From the human T2T-CHM13v2.0 reference genome, Homo sapiens, in the NCBI RefSeq assembly GCF_009914755.1, contig NC_060935.1: DNA of 64,000 bases. One strand, 5' to 3'. Position 1 is the stretch's first letter; every line of letters begins with the position of its first letter. The notes beneath the pieces are model-generated. The model ran no database searches. It saw only the letters and a list, made by a program, of their open reading frames with translations, and was not told the origin of the DNA. A program made the translations under genes and the position numbers. Below are positions 15,057 through 34,035 of this stretch, in pieces.

Positions 15057-15560
15057 TTAAACTGAAGAAAGATTTTGGGGTAAGGGGTGATATTGTGGGG
15101 TTGTTGGAAGGAGCATTTGTTGTATAGAATGATTGGTGATGGCCTGGGTGTGGTTTTGTATGAATTGAGAAACTAAACAGAAGACACAAGGTACAAATAA
15201 GAGAAGGAGAAAAACAGGTATTAAAGGGCTAAGAATTGGGAGGACCCAGGACATCCAATTAGAGAGTGCCCAAGGGGGTTCAGCATAATTATTTACTTGG
15301 ATGGCAAGTTTTTGGGCTCTATCCTTGAGTTTTTTTATGTTGTCATATACTAGGCCAGATTGATTTAGGTAAAAACAACACTCTTCATTTAAAAATATAC
15401 AGAGTCCTCCTTTTTTAGCAGTGAGTAAGTCAAGGCCTTGGCGGTTTTGGAGGACAACCGCAGCTAAAGAGTCAACCTGGGCCTGAAGGATTAATAAAGT
15501 TTGTGATATGTCTGCGATGCTAGCAGAGAAGTTATTAGAGAAGCTACGGAAGGTTGTGAG
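15057..15560 (-). pseudogene. HERV-H env transmembrane subunit remnant, in frame with the integrase C-terminal region
   Basis: LQNRQGLDLLTAKKGGLC immunosuppressive-domain motif, CIFLNEECC (CX6CC), hydrophobic anchor WVLPILSPLIPVFLLLLFVPC. Confidence 0.9.
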
Positions 15561-18448
<2,888 letters not shown>

Positions 18449-19066
18449 GAACTCCAATTTTTGCCTCCTCTTTTCTCTCTCCTTCTCTCTCTCTCTCTCC
18501 CCACCTCCCCCTCCCCCTCTCTCTTTCTCTCTCTCTCCCCTCCTCCCTTTCTCTCTCTCTCCTCCAGAATGTTGAGCTTATTTCTCTGAAGCTCCCTTCT
18601 CTTAGCCCTCAAGTCCTGTCTGCCTTGGTTTTCTTCCAATTCCTTCTAGCAGCTACCTATAGCAGCTGAGTTTCTCTGTTTGTTTTTTAATCCAGCCTTT
18701 ATAGATGTTCTTGACACAGCAGCTACTCTTTTGTGGCCAGAAGCAGAGCTCCCCATGATGCTTCTTAACAGTTGCCTACTGGAGCACCTTATGCCTTAGA
18801 TGGTTGTACACATAAAGGAGTGACTGTGACAGCTAGAGCTTCAGACCGACAACAGAGGAAAAGTCTGATCTTAGGGTCAACCAATTAGGGGAGGGTCTCT
18901 ACCTCTGTTGCTTCCAACTGCAAGATCTTGAGTAAACCACAGGAAGTGTCAGGGCCTCAGTTTCCTCATCTGCAAAATGGGTCTAATAATACAAAGGCCA
19001 TGTAATTCATAGACTTTGTGTGAGGATGAGCAATAGAGTATGCAACCAATGGTACTTTGGAAATAG

Positions 19067-19409
<343 letters not shown>

Positions 19410-19841
19410 TGATTTTTTTAAATGATGAAAATACAATGGACTCCAAATATAGGGACACATTCAGGACAAGAACCATTTGCTGTGTGAGGATCCTGCACCC
19501 CCCAGTAGACACAGATGAAGCAGAACAACTGAGAACTTGTGTGCATGGGGGCCGCATGTTTTGAACGGACCATGCTGGGGTGAGCTGGGGGAGGGTTCAG
19601 GAGCTGCTTTCCCTCTGGAGCCTTGCCCAGTGTCCCCCTCCCCTGGACTACCATGTGCTCCGTGCCTGTCTCAGCAAGGGGGTTCTGGCATCACCGTCAC
19701 CTGTGTGCATGTCTCTCCTCCATGAGACTGGGCAGGTTCCCAAACCTGCCTGTCCTCTGGGCCCACTAGGGACTGTTGAAAATCTCTGAGCGGGAAGTAC
19801 TAGAATGTGGATATTTGAAAGCTCCTTGGGTGAAGCAGTGA

Positions 19842-20247
<406 letters not shown>

Positions 20248-22566
20248 GATAATGATTTTTACTGCATCAATTGATGTTTGTTGAATAAAGAGCAGGGAGG
20301 GGAGGAAAGAATGGGATGAGGGTAGAGAAAGGCAAGATCAGGGAGAATTTCAGCTCCTCGGGCCCAGACCTGTCATCTTATCAGAACAATCCCAATCCCC
20401 TGACAGTGGTCTGGAGACCAGTGACCCTTCGGCAAGAGCATTTTAGCTGAGGAATTTTTGCCTTTCTTAAAGATAAGATTAAATTAATGTGACTCCAAGT
20501 CTTACCACAAGGACATTGCCCTTTGCTGGGAAGCCGAGCATTCCCATGTACCTCACCTATGATGTTCTTGGTGCCTCATTACACATGGTAGCAAAAATGC
20601 CAAAAGCCCCTAAGAGGACCACTGTGATCCTCTGAAGATGGGGATTCCTAATCCCGCGAACCCAGTTCTTCAGAACCCCGTTTGTTCTGGAGAAATAAGA
20701 ACTGGTCATACCTAGTCTTTGTTTCCCTCTCTTTTGATCATTTTTTGGATGAGTCAAAATCAGGTCACCACCAGCACCAGGATGTGACATGAAGGGACAC
20801 GCCTCAGCCCCACAGGGTACATTCCTGCCCTCTTCCCAGACTCAGGTCTTCCCTGCCTCTGAATCTTGCTCTCTCTTTTCCTTGTTCTCACTTTTCTTTC
20901 TTTTATTTTCTGCCCTTCCTTTGTTTTCTTTGATTCCTCTTTCTTTTTTACCTGGGGAAAAAGTCTTCAGACTTCTGGAGTGGATTCATGAGTGTGAATG
21001 GGGTGTAGCCCGCCAACATCATTTTTTCCCAAGGCACAGAGGCTGTTTCTGTGGCTGGGCACAGCTGAGAGGACCGTCTCATTGTACTGGGGGATTGATG
21101 GCTGATGGAGGGAAGGAACATCAGGCAGAGTTTGTCCTGCTTCCCTCGGGCTCCCTATATCATGTTGATGGGGTTGCAACCCTGGCCTGCAGGAGTAGGT
21201 CTGGCCTGATGGAGGCTGGGACATCTGGAAGCCAGTGGCCTCTCAGCCAGCCCCTGGCTCTCACGCACACTCTCCGGGAAGAGCCCCAGGTCTCTTCTTC
21301 ACCCTTCTTCACTCCCCCTCACCCTCCTGGTGGGGGTTCTCTGACCCCAGCCACACAGATGGGCAGGGAGGCATCTCCAAAGGCCAGACGCTTAGCTGAG
21401 AAATCATTTCTCAGTTCCTGTGTGGCCCCTTGCTCTTAGCCTTTTTCTCCTTTGTTCTTAGTCCTGTTTTTGCCCTGATTTTTCAGATGGGCGCCCTGGA
21501 CTGAGGCAAACTTTAATATTGCCCCTGGGATCAGACACACGCTGGCCCCCTCTCTGGCTATGCTGGCCTCCCTGTTTGGGGCAGCAGGTAAGGAAGAGCT
21601 GGCTCAGTCCAGGCCAGATGAGAAGGAAATAAAAGTTTTCCTTGTCCCCCTTCCTCCAAGCCTCTTCCTTCTTCCCTTTCCCCTTGCCGTGGGAAGTTCT
21701 CTTCCTCCACTCCTTCCATCCCTCGCCGTCTGTGGGCCTGATGCTGATTGTCCTGTTCACTACCAAAATGATCTGGGAGAAGAAAGTCATTTATACTTTA
21801 GTATGAGTTTGAGCCATAGTTTGTCTTTCCTTGGGCTATTTGCTCTGTGAGTCTCACTGGCAGATGAAAAGTTGAGGGATGCATTACAGACACTCGGGGC
21901 CATCACAGAAGAATGGGGGTGGGGGATGGGGAGGCGCTGACAGTAGAAGGACCCTCCAGAGCTCAAGCAGTCACACACACAAGCTGCCACCCCCAGTCCT
22001 CAATTGGTTTCCATGCCGTTCATAGTCTGGGACAAAGGATTTAAAAAATATGTGGTTGAGAGTGGCTCTGAGCCCAGCCAGGTACAGGGAGCAGGGGGAC
22101 CTGAGGCTGCTTGGCTGGGCAAGGCAAGAATGCAGGGAGCTTTTTAAGACGGCTGACTCTGTAGCTCTGATTTTTTTTTCTTATGAAGGAGCAATCCTGT
22201 TTGGCTCCAAGCCTAGGGATGGGGCTGGCTCTGTGGAGCAGGTTGCCTTTGAGCCGGGTGGGGCTGCCCCAGGAGTCATCGGCTGCCTCTGGAGGTGGCG
22301 AGGTTTCCATCACAGCGGTTGGGGTCTCCTGGATTCAACCATCATTAGAGGAGGCTTTGCATATTGCCGGGGTTGTGCCAGATACCTGGGGGCCTTGACT
22401 AAAATGTGTTTCCTGGGCACTACCCCCAGCTCGCTGAATCCAGGAGCAGCCCCGGGATCATTGTGACCTCACAGTTCAGACAGCATCGGTCCCCTGTGGG
22501 GGCCACCTTTCCAGCCCCTCCTCCCAGCAGAGGATCCCAGTGCCCTCCTGGCCTGAAGGCCCTGCA

Positions 22567-22728
22567 GGCCTGGCCTTCCCAACTTCCTCTCTGCCCTTGT
22601 CCCCCGTCGTCCCTCTAGTTGGCCTGGCCCTCCCAACTTCCTCTCTGCCCTTGTCCCCCGTCGTCCCCCTAGTTGGCCTGGCCCTCCCAACCTCCTCTCT
22701 GCCCTTGTCCCCCGTCGTCCCCCTAGCT
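22567..22728. repeat. 54-bp minisatellite, 3 copies
   Basis: Unit ggcctggccctcccaacttcctctctgcccttgtcccccgtcgtccccctagtt starting at 22567, 22621, 22675. Confidence 0.95.
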
Positions 22729-22799
22729 GGAGGGTGCCCCAGCCTGGTTGACCTCAGTTCTTGTCCCCAGCACACACAACTCTTCCCAGCCTCAAGGCC

Positions 22800-23200
22800 T
22801 TCACCTGGCTGTGCCGCTGCCTGCAATGTTCCTCCCCAGTCTTGTCAGGGCTGGCTCCTGGGGAGAAGATCTCTGCTCAGATGTCACTTCCCCGGAAGGG
22901 CCTTCCACGGCCACCCACGTCGTGTCTCCCCACGCCTGCCCCCACACTCGCTAGCCCGCTGTCCCCTCTTCCTGCTTCCGTCCTCCACAGCAGTCATCAC
23001 CATCTGATATTCCTGTGTATGCATCGGTTTGCCTTTCTGGCTCCTGGTTTTGCTCTGCCTCCCCGCTGGAAGGTAAGCTCTGTGGGAGTAGAGCAGGGAC
23101 TTGTTTGCATTGTTTATTCCGTGACCCAGCCCCGGTTCTGTGTCTGGCACATAGAAGTGTCGCTGAATGAATGAATGAATGAATGTCCATTGTGTGAATG
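22800..23200. mobile_element. L2 3'-end fragment
   Basis: gtaagctctgtgggagtagagcagggacttgtttg...tctggcacatag...tgaatgaatgaatgaatg terminus. Confidence 0.65.
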
Positions 23201-24185
23201 AAAGAGTGACAGGTTTGGAGGTCACTGGAGCAGATGGCCAAGTCTGTGACAGCTGTGATAATAAACAGTGATTACAAGCAGGGGGTCAGATGCCGAGCTG
23301 CCCTCGTGGGCACTAAGGGTCCCAGGCCCTGAGCTTGCATTCCCAAGGGACCCCATGCTTGGTGTTTGGGGCCCACTCTTAACATCTCAACAGCCTGTCT
23401 TCTTATTGGGACTGAGTTGGAAACAGGGGTCCCAGAGCCCACAAGACTTGTCCAAAGACACCCTGCAGGGTTGCAGGGACAGAGGGGGAGGAGGCCTGTG
23501 CCTGGCACCCATCATCAGTCTCTAGAAAGTTCCATTCTGATAGATGAGTCAGCCATGCCCAACAGTCTCCTGGGACAATCACCCCCACAAACATTTGCCA
23601 AATGCCTGCAATGTGTTGAGGGCACATGGAGTCCTCCTCTCCTTGGTGATTTGGTGGCGGGGGCGGGGTGGGTGGCAGCCCTGACTTTGGCCTCCCTGAA
23701 TGACGGCACAGCAGAGACGTCTGGTCTCCCGTGGAGATTAGACCCCCTTCAGCGGCAGGGATGCGGCCAGCTCCATCACCGTAACTCCACGGTGGAGCAA
23801 AGCACCCCGGAGGCTGTCCTGGCACAACCTGACCACAGTCATAGACCAGTCAGCCCCAGGAGGGACACTCTGCCCCGGCCTGGTTGCTGCCAGCCAGGCC
23901 CATGGATGCTGCTAGTCCAGCCAAGGAAGTGCCTGTCCCCACTCCCAGGCCCATGCAAAGGGGCCCAAAACAAACTTGAAAAAGCAGCCCCCCAGCGGGG
24001 AGGCCAGTCTGTCCGGGGTGTCCAGGGATCATGACCGGCACTGCTGTTTTCCTAACTCATGTGACCAAAAATCCTTTTATTTGTATAAAAATGGAGCCTG
24101 GTTGTCTAAGTCTTCCCAAAGTTTCCTTATATCAAGCAGTCATGAAGGGCCCCCCACAGAGCAAGGTCTGTACTGGCCACCATGA

Positions 24186-24839
<654 letters not shown>

Positions 24840-26573
24840 TGACCGTTTAGGATTCAGCTGAGAAGCCACTCCCTGTGCAAAGTCTTCCGGAATTGACCAT
24901 GACCTTTCCTCCCCTGGTCCTTCAGCATTTTTCTGTGGCTGTCAGATTTCTGACTTCCTGGCAGACTATCAGCCTCACACCTGCGGGTCTGTGCCCTGGG
25001 CTCACAGCTTAACACGTAGAAGGACCTTAATAAATAGGCTGATTGCCCCTGTGGAGGGGACACGCTCCTGCCAGAAAAACCCAGCCCACCTCCTCCCTGG
25101 ACAGGAGCCCTCGTATTGGAGAAGGCGGGGCTCTCAATGGGGCTTTTGTGGTGGGTGGCAGTGGCCTCAGCAGCTTTCCCCAGCAGCTCCACCAGCTGGA
25201 AAATGTTAAGACAACAACTCCATCCTTGCCCCTAGGGAGAACCTGTTTGTTTAGATTCCACAGCCTCCTGTTAAGAGGCAAGTGTCCGTGCAGGGGTTGG
25301 TTGAATCGGGTAAAAATTGACCTGTGGGTAAACTCTTCATTGTCCTCCACTAGGCGGGTGCTAGAATCTGTGGACACCGACAAAGGACATTAGCTCATTT
25401 GTTCATCCTTTCAAAGGATACTTTGCATACCTACTGTGTGCCAGGCTCCGCTGGGTCCTGAGAATACAGAGAAAACAAAAAACAAAGGTCCCTGCTTTCC
25501 TGGTGCAGGGAGAATAATAAGTTGTCAGATAACAGATGCGGGGAAGCAGTGGAAGGGGCTGGGAGTGGGGCCAGGGCAGACCCTGGAAAGGTGGTTTCTT
25601 AGCAGAAGGCTTGGAGACGTGAGCCAGGAGGGAAGGAGGGTCACAGCTCCCAGGAAACATGAAGTCCAGCCCAAGAGAATACAATTAACTCCTGGGAGGA
25701 GGAGGCCATTAGCCTATGTCTGCTCCATGGTAAGGGGCTCTCTCGCTGGCACGCCCCCTACTCTTTCCCTAGCCCACTCCTCCAACTGTTCTGAAGTGGT
25801 GGGAAGGCGGGTAGGGGCAGTCCCAGTGGTCATCTAAGGGAAAACTGTCCCCCTCTGTTTGGTCCCCAAGCTAAACAAGGCTGTGACAGGCAGCAGTAGG
25901 GAAGGAAGGCTGTTACCATGCTCTCTGCAAGCTGATGGTCCCCAATGTCACCAGCCGCTGCAGACTCATCCAGCTCCAAGGACCAGGGGGGCCCAGGCCC
26001 ATGTATTTTCTTAGGTGCATCTACAAAGGCTGGGCTTCATGCCTCAGGACCTCCTTGATGAAAGAATATCCCCCTCCACAGGGTCCCCCTGCCTTGCGAA
26101 ACAAGCCATATGAATCCACTCACAGAGGGCCCGGGGCCATCTCTGAGCATGGGCTGGGGGTTCTTTGCTTTTACCCTGGTTTCCTTTGGGAAAGAATTGG
26201 AAGCCCCAGCATCCTCCCTGACCAAGGAAAGGGTCCGCTTTCTCTTCTGAGATGTGGCTTGAAGGAACCAGGGAGTGTGTTCTGCAGAGAGATCCAGAAG
26301 GAACCTGTGGCTTTGAAAGAGTCCCTCTAAGGTTGGAGGAAAGACTTCTCCATCAAACTGGAAGGAAACAGGAACAGAGGAGTGGACGGCCAAGCACGTC
26401 TCAAGGTGCTTGAGCTGAGAGTCAAATAGTGGAGTGAAAATTGACGAATAAACTCCTTCCGATGGGTTTAAGGGAAAACAGCCCCACTCTGTTTGGTCCC
26501 CAAGCTAAACAGATTTGAGATCTGTTTAACACAGAGGATCTGGGCTGTGATGAGCTTAAAGGGGGAGGAGGAC

Positions 26574-26701
26574 ACTTGATTTTTCAGAAAGCCTGATTTC
26601 AGACGTAATCGTTCATGTTTAAGAAGCAGGGATGCTGACTTGATTTTCCAGAAAGCCTGATTTCAGATGTAATCATTCCTGCTTAAGAGGCAGGGACACT
26701 G
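26574..26701. repeat. 64-bp tandem duplication
   Basis: acttgatttt(t/c)cagaaagcctgatttcaga... starting at 26574 and 26638. Confidence 0.9.
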
Positions 26702-27259
26702 AGTCTTGGGAACAGCTTTTGGAAAACGATAATCTACGTTAGAGGCGGGGCAGGCAGCCCTGTGGCCCCTGGGCTCTATATGACTATGTGTCTTGGAGGA
26801 TCCGGGCTGTGATGAGCTTAAAAATCTTAAATATCTGTATTCAGGAAGAGCTTCTGGATGGACACTAGAACCACTGATTATGCATGCCATTGGGGAGGAG
26901 ATCCCATGTCGGGTCCATTTTTAACCCTTCGGGGATGAGTTGTCGTATGTGTATGCATGCAAGGATGTGCATGCATGTACTTACTAACCCTATATGACAC
27001 GGATCTTTGGATTTTGTCTACATAAGCGAAGGGATTGAAATGACTTAATTAATTTGCTGTTGGCCATTAATGCATTTTGCAAAGACAGGCAGCCACTGTC
27101 TGTCACAGAGGCCACTCTGTCTCATGCTCTCTCTTCCTTATGTTTTAAGAGTCAATGCCTTGGGGCTCAACTTTGTTGGATAGCTGGTTCGATTCTGTGC
27201 ATTTTTCTAGGTCTCTGTGGCTCACGTCATTTTCAGCATGAAAATGAGCGATCAAATTA

Positions 27260-27835
<576 letters not shown>

Positions 27836-28504
27836 TCACTCTACCAGAAAAGCCAGGGGAAGGGGCCTGAGCATCTCCTTCAGGGGTACCTGCCAAGGCG
27901 GAGTCCTGGAACCCCTGCCCAGAACTGCTCGTGGAGGGCATCTGCGTTAGTCCCCTGCTCCCCAGCGCTGCCAGCCCCTGCCTCAGATCTCTTACCCAAC
28001 CGCATCGCTTCCACTTGGCAAGGTAGATGGCCCATGTACTGGGAGTACTACATGGTAGGATCCCTGGGAGGGTGCCCCTGGGTGTCCTCCTGGATCTCTT
28101 TCTGGTGTGAAATAGGGCGCTCTCTTGGCTTCTTCAGTTGAACACCTGTGTGACCAGCTCTGTCATCAGATATGTTTTGTAATTAAAGGCTACTCTGTCC
28201 TAATATTTCGGGAATGTGCTGTGATTGGCCTTTAGGCAAAGGTGGGTTTCTCTACATGTGTGCTGTACAGAGAAAAAGCTGTTCAACTATTTTTCCTTAA
28301 ATAGTAAAAGGGTCCAATATGAGCCCACAGGTTACAAAGTGTGTCAGTGCCTTAAATAATATCACCCTTTCCCTACCTATCAACCTATTTCATGTCACTG
28401 CAGAAATCTTACAAAACAGAGGAAATGACAAAGCAGAAAATAAAAGCCATCCAATATAATTTTCCTTAAATAATAGGAAAAGGCTCTGTAGCTAAGCAGT
28501 CCAG

Positions 28505-29050
<546 letters not shown>

Positions 29051-31677
29051 GCGTGGATAGTAGAATATCTCAATGACACACACTCCGCAGGGCCCAGTAA
29101 CGCACACCTTTATTGTACAGAAACGTTGCATCAGGAGGACGAGGTCTTCGGCGCCAAACCCAGAGGGCCTTGAAGGTTCTGATTCCCCAGCGCAGGGTTG
29201 GGACAATTCCTCCACTGCTGGTGATGCTCCTGGCTCATGTTCCCATTCATTTCTCCCACAGACGTGAGGCCCGGAGTGTACAGCCAATGGTTGTCACACA
29301 CAGTATCCCCCCAAGAGAAACCTGCAGCCCAGCAGCTCGGCTGCAGTACAGAGACCCCCAACCTGGCAGAGGCCTTGACACAAAACAGTTTTGCACCAAA
29401 TGATGCATACGTGAAGGCACAATGAAGTGAACAGCAAGCGTTCAAGGAAAAGGCCTTGCATGGCATAACAAAATTCTGGAACATCTTTTATTCCAACCAC
29501 AGGGTTTTGCAGGAAAGCGTCAGGATTTCCTATAAAGATAACTGAGCCTCACAGTCGGCCCAGGAGGTGTGGCTTCCTTGACTTTGGGGAGGGGAGGGTG
29601 TGATGAGGCCCCAGAGGATTCGCCCCAGAGTCAGAGGCTTGCTGCAGCCAGTGCCTGTAACGTTAGGATCCATCTCAGGCATTAGACTTCGGTCTTTAGG
29701 GAAATCAGGGGCTTGGGCCGGTCACCAACACCAGGGGAGGGATGCAACTTTGGTGCACTCACGCCCGGCGTACACCCCGTGGAAGGTACAGGGATGAGTC
29801 TGTGGCTGAGAGCGGCTCTCATGGGGTTCTTGTACTCTCAACAGTGCAGGGGTGCCAACCTATGTCCCAGCTCCACGGTCTTGGGACCTCAAGTCACCTT
29901 CAGCCCCTCAGGCCAGAGGACAGGAGGACCAGGACCTGTCCTTCTCTATCAGAAGCTGTATCATGTCTAGGGAGAAAATACATAATCAGGACAGGGGCTC
30001 AGAGGAAGCCATAAGGGTCAGCCTTGTCTCCCTGGAGTGGCACAAGCTCAGACTGAAGCCGCCCGCCTCTGCGAGATGGAAGTTCCTTATTCTCAGGAAG
30101 TATGCTGGTGAAAGGAAATTGCCAGGCAATCTGGTACTTTTACTCTTTCAAGCCCCAGGAAGAAGAATTGAACCAGTGGCAGGCAGCTAGGTGCTCTGTT
30201 TGGCAGAGTGGGCAGGTGCTGTCCCGCTGCGGGGAGTCCGACCCTGTCCCCCTCGGCAGGGTTTCCGATACCAATGCACCCACCATCCTGGGGAGGAAGG
30301 CTGAACCTCCTGCAGAGTCACTGGGGAGGAAGCAGCTGTTTAAGATTTCGTCTACACTTCTTCCCACACCTCATGAGAAAGGACCCAGGAGGGTGCGTCC
30401 GTCCGTGTGAATGCACTTGCAGATGGCTGTAATCACCCTAACAGCGCGACTTAACATTTGTAAAGAGCTTAGCACGGTGCTGGCTCATAGTAAGCGCTGC
30501 GCAGCTGCTTGTTAAATAAATAAACATAAATGGGGAACATCTATAGTGTGCCAAGGATGGGAAGGAGAGTAAAGAGTGCAGAAATGAAGCCCAAAAAACT
30601 GAGGATGGTGGGCAGAAGGGAACGTGAGTGGCTGGAGTCGAGGATGGAAGGAGCAGAGGTGAGGGATGCCGTCTGAGCTGGACCAGAAAGGCTACCAGGA
30701 GGAGGTGGCCTAGCCAGGCTCTCAGCTACCCCAGGTGAGCTTTAAAGCTCTTGGGATTCTCAGAAGGCAGGCCTTGGGTTCACAAAACACATTAAGAATC
30801 TGAAAACCCTCCTATGGAAACTGGATGTCCATGGATTCTGTTGCAGGAAAAAAAAATCCGCACCCTCCCCCCGCCCCCCACCCCCAAGACAGAACTTCAT
30901 GCTTTGGCTGCGTTTCTGAGCTTCGGCCGGCAGTTTCCGAGCCCATGGAGTCCCGCCGTCAAGCTGCGGTTGGCCGGCCTCTGCTCGGGCACTGACATCA
31001 TGCAAGGGAAGGAAATGACAGTGGTCCCGTCTCCCGCCCACCATATCTCAGTTGTAAATTCTCCAGGCACGTCTTCCCCGGGGTAATTATAGCCCAAGTT
31101 GCTTTTAGGAGGTGATATCATTTACCTGTTTGGCCTCTGTTTCTGTCCTACGCGGGTTGCCGGGCAGCACGGGGCTGGTGTGGGAGTGGGACGGGTGGCC
31201 ATTGGCGCTCACAATGGCCTTGAGTCATGACTGCTCACTCCTTCCATGCTCCTTTCCCTCCCCTGGGCTGCTCATGAGTCAACAGCACTTATTAAACCCC
31301 TCTGAATGCAGAGATTTGTACTGGGCCAACCGAGGGGCAGGGCAAGCTCAGTGCACCCGGGCTGTGTGGGTGCCACGACCTCTACCAATGGAGGGCAACC
31401 CTGGGCACCTGTGTATTTCTATTTTGTAAAAAGAAACCCAATCTCCTTTCTGCCACCTCTCTAATTCTAGATTGTGTGTTGAATTCATGGAGTGAGCTCT
31501 GGTTTGAGGGGTGGGGGTCAGGAGAGCTAGACTGAAAGCCTAGTTTGCTCTCCTGCCTGACCTTAAGCCAAGTACATCACCTCTCCAGGTGTGTGCACCT
31601 GTGAAATGGGGACTGATAAAGCTGGCCCCCCCAGGTCCAGTTGACATGCAGGTGAGGGCTGCTGAGAAATCTGAGAG

Positions 31678-31902
31678 CAGTGGTGCTCAACTGGGGCTGG
31701 TTTTGTCCCCTGGAGGATATTTGACAACATCAAGAAACATTTTTAGTTGTCACACTGGGGCTGGAGGCAGAGGGTGCTGCTGGCATCTCATGGGTGGGTA
31801 GAGGTCACCAGGGTGCCTGCAAAATGTCCCACACTGCACAAGCCAGCTCCCACCACAGAGGATGATCCAGCCCCACACATCCACTGTGCTGAGACATCCA
31901 CT
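31678..31902 (+). mobile_element. MER20 (hAT-Charlie)
   Basis: cagtggtgctcaactgggg...ttttgtcccc...catttttagttgtcacactgggg...gtagagg...atccagcccc. Confidence 0.8.
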
Positions 31903-32389
31903 GTGCCCCACGCTAGAGCTCCTTTATTAGAAGAGACTTTTGCCTCCCTGGCCTGGACTCACCACCGCCAGGCGCTGGGCCTCTTGGTCCTCGCCTACCA
32001 TCCAAAGGGAGACACTTCAGCCTCACTTTACAAAAGAGGAAATCTAGGCACACCAAGGCCATGCGGTTGGTTAATGGGGAGCGAGGTTCTTGTTCCGGTC
32101 CATGGTCTTGGTAACCAGTCCCTGTGTCTCCATAATTTGGGGCACCTCGTTCTTCCTCCCTTTGTAAAGTTTGGTTTGTTCAACTTCCCACTGAGTTGCA
32201 GACAGCTTGGCCCGTGCTCTGAGGTATTCTTCCCTGTGGGCAATGCCAATGGGATGGAAATAAAATATCGTTGAAAAGGGCTCCCCTGTGCTGCCTCCTA
32301 CCAGGAAGCCACCCTCCTGACAGCTTGTTGGTCTGCGCTCCTTGTCACCTGATGCTTGCATCCCCGGTGACTATTAAAATGTCCGCAAA

Positions 32390-32494
32390 GTGCTCGCTTC
32401 GGCAGCACGTATACTAAAATTGGAATGATACAGAGAAGATTAGTATGGCCCCTGCGCAAAGATGACACGCAAATTCATGAAGCATTCCATATTT
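32390..32494 (+). pseudogene. Processed U6 snRNA pseudogene (RNU6-type)
   Basis: Full-length U6 (gtgctcgcttcggcagcac...acagagaagattag...ttccatattt) with ~6 substitutions; A tail 32495-32509; TT/AAAA site upstream. Confidence 0.96.
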
Positions 32495-33978
32495 AAAAGA
32501 AAAAAAAAATCAGCAAAGACACCTGTACCTGTATCTGTTGGCGCATGCCATCAAATGACACTGAAGAGCAACACTGTGGCCAAACAGGCCAGCTGGGAGG
32601 CCCGGAGCTTCCCATAATGAAATGCACCATCTAGACGAATTAGACAAGGGTTTTACTAATTCATGAGCAGGGAATTAATCCTGCCCACAAAATCTGTCCC
32701 TGTGGGGTTTTAGTGATAAAAATCACTGAGACAAAAAGAAAACTGGGTGCAACAGTTTATGGAGAGCCCCCACGTATAAGCAGTTAGTGACTGGAGTGGA
32801 GAGAGAATCCCAGCAAAGTGACCCATAGGACACAGGCGGGGACAGGGAACCAGAGAAGAGAACCATCTATGGAACAAAAAGGACCCTGTAAACTTGTCCT
32901 GGCTTGGGAGATATCTCCAGCTACAGGAATTCTTTTCCCGCTCCTATTTTGGGGGGCTATTGTTTTTACTTTGTGTCGGTCCCTGAAATCCCTAGACCCA
33001 CGAACCCCCGGCGAAGGCCACGAGAGGCCTGGAGGCAGAACTGGTCCTCTCTGGCCCTTGCTGCACAGAGGCCACGCTGCATTTCCTCTGCCCTTGCTGT
33101 GGCATGTCCACACTGTCCACCTGGGAAGACTTGGGGAAGGGGCGAGAGGAAACAGAATGTGGGGATACTGGAGAGAAAAAAAGAAACATAGTGGCAATAG
33201 CAAAGAAAGTGGAGTCTTACAGGCAAGCAGATGCCCTGAGCCTGGCTACAGTATAAATCACAGAAACTAGAGGTTAAGCACTGTTTCTTGAGTAAAGCCG
33301 CAAGGGGTGCTGTTGGGGAGAAGGTGGGGCCACCTTGCCTAGGAGATGGCCCCCCAGCAGGCAGCCCCCAAGCCCCAGAGCCCTCTCAGGCCAGAAATGT
33401 CACTTCCCAAACCTTTGGGAGCACCAGTGTGTCCAGATTTGGCCAAGTATATTTTTACTCTTTTTTTTTTTTCATGCAAACTGCACCTCATAGAGCTCTG
33501 GAAGGTCTGTTGGCACTCGAACACAAATTTGAAAAGACAGTACATTAGTATTACACAATGTTGGTTGTTTACCAACAAAGATAAGTGGATGGAGTTACAT
33601 AATCCTCTGTACATGCGTGTGGGATTCTCCCAGCCCTGGACACTTGAACTTTTAAGGAGCAGAGGCTGTGGAGCACTGTTCCTGGCATGGATTTGGCCAG
33701 CCTGGGGCACTTCTCCAAACCCTCTCTCGCTGTCCAAGGTGCAGACAAAGGGTCCTTTAGGGCCACTCAGTGCCCGTTGGCACCACCAGCCTGAGAACCA
33801 AATAGCCTTCCTGCACCGCCCCAAGTTCAAGGAAGTCACGGACTTGTGCCTAAATGGGAGAGTCTCACTGAGGCACCAGGAAAGGGTAGGTCATGACAAG
33901 ATGACATTAGTAGTGACAACAGTCACCATTGCTAAGCCTGGCAGCTTCAGGCACGCTTAAAACTCCCATGAGAAGGCA

Positions 33979-34035
33979 GAGGCTCTGAGGCCCAGGAGGC
34001 TCTGAGGCCCAGGAGGCTCTGAGGCCAAGGAGGCT
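33979..34035. repeat. 17-bp tandem repeat x3
   Basis: gaggctctgaggcccag repeated. Confidence 0.85.
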
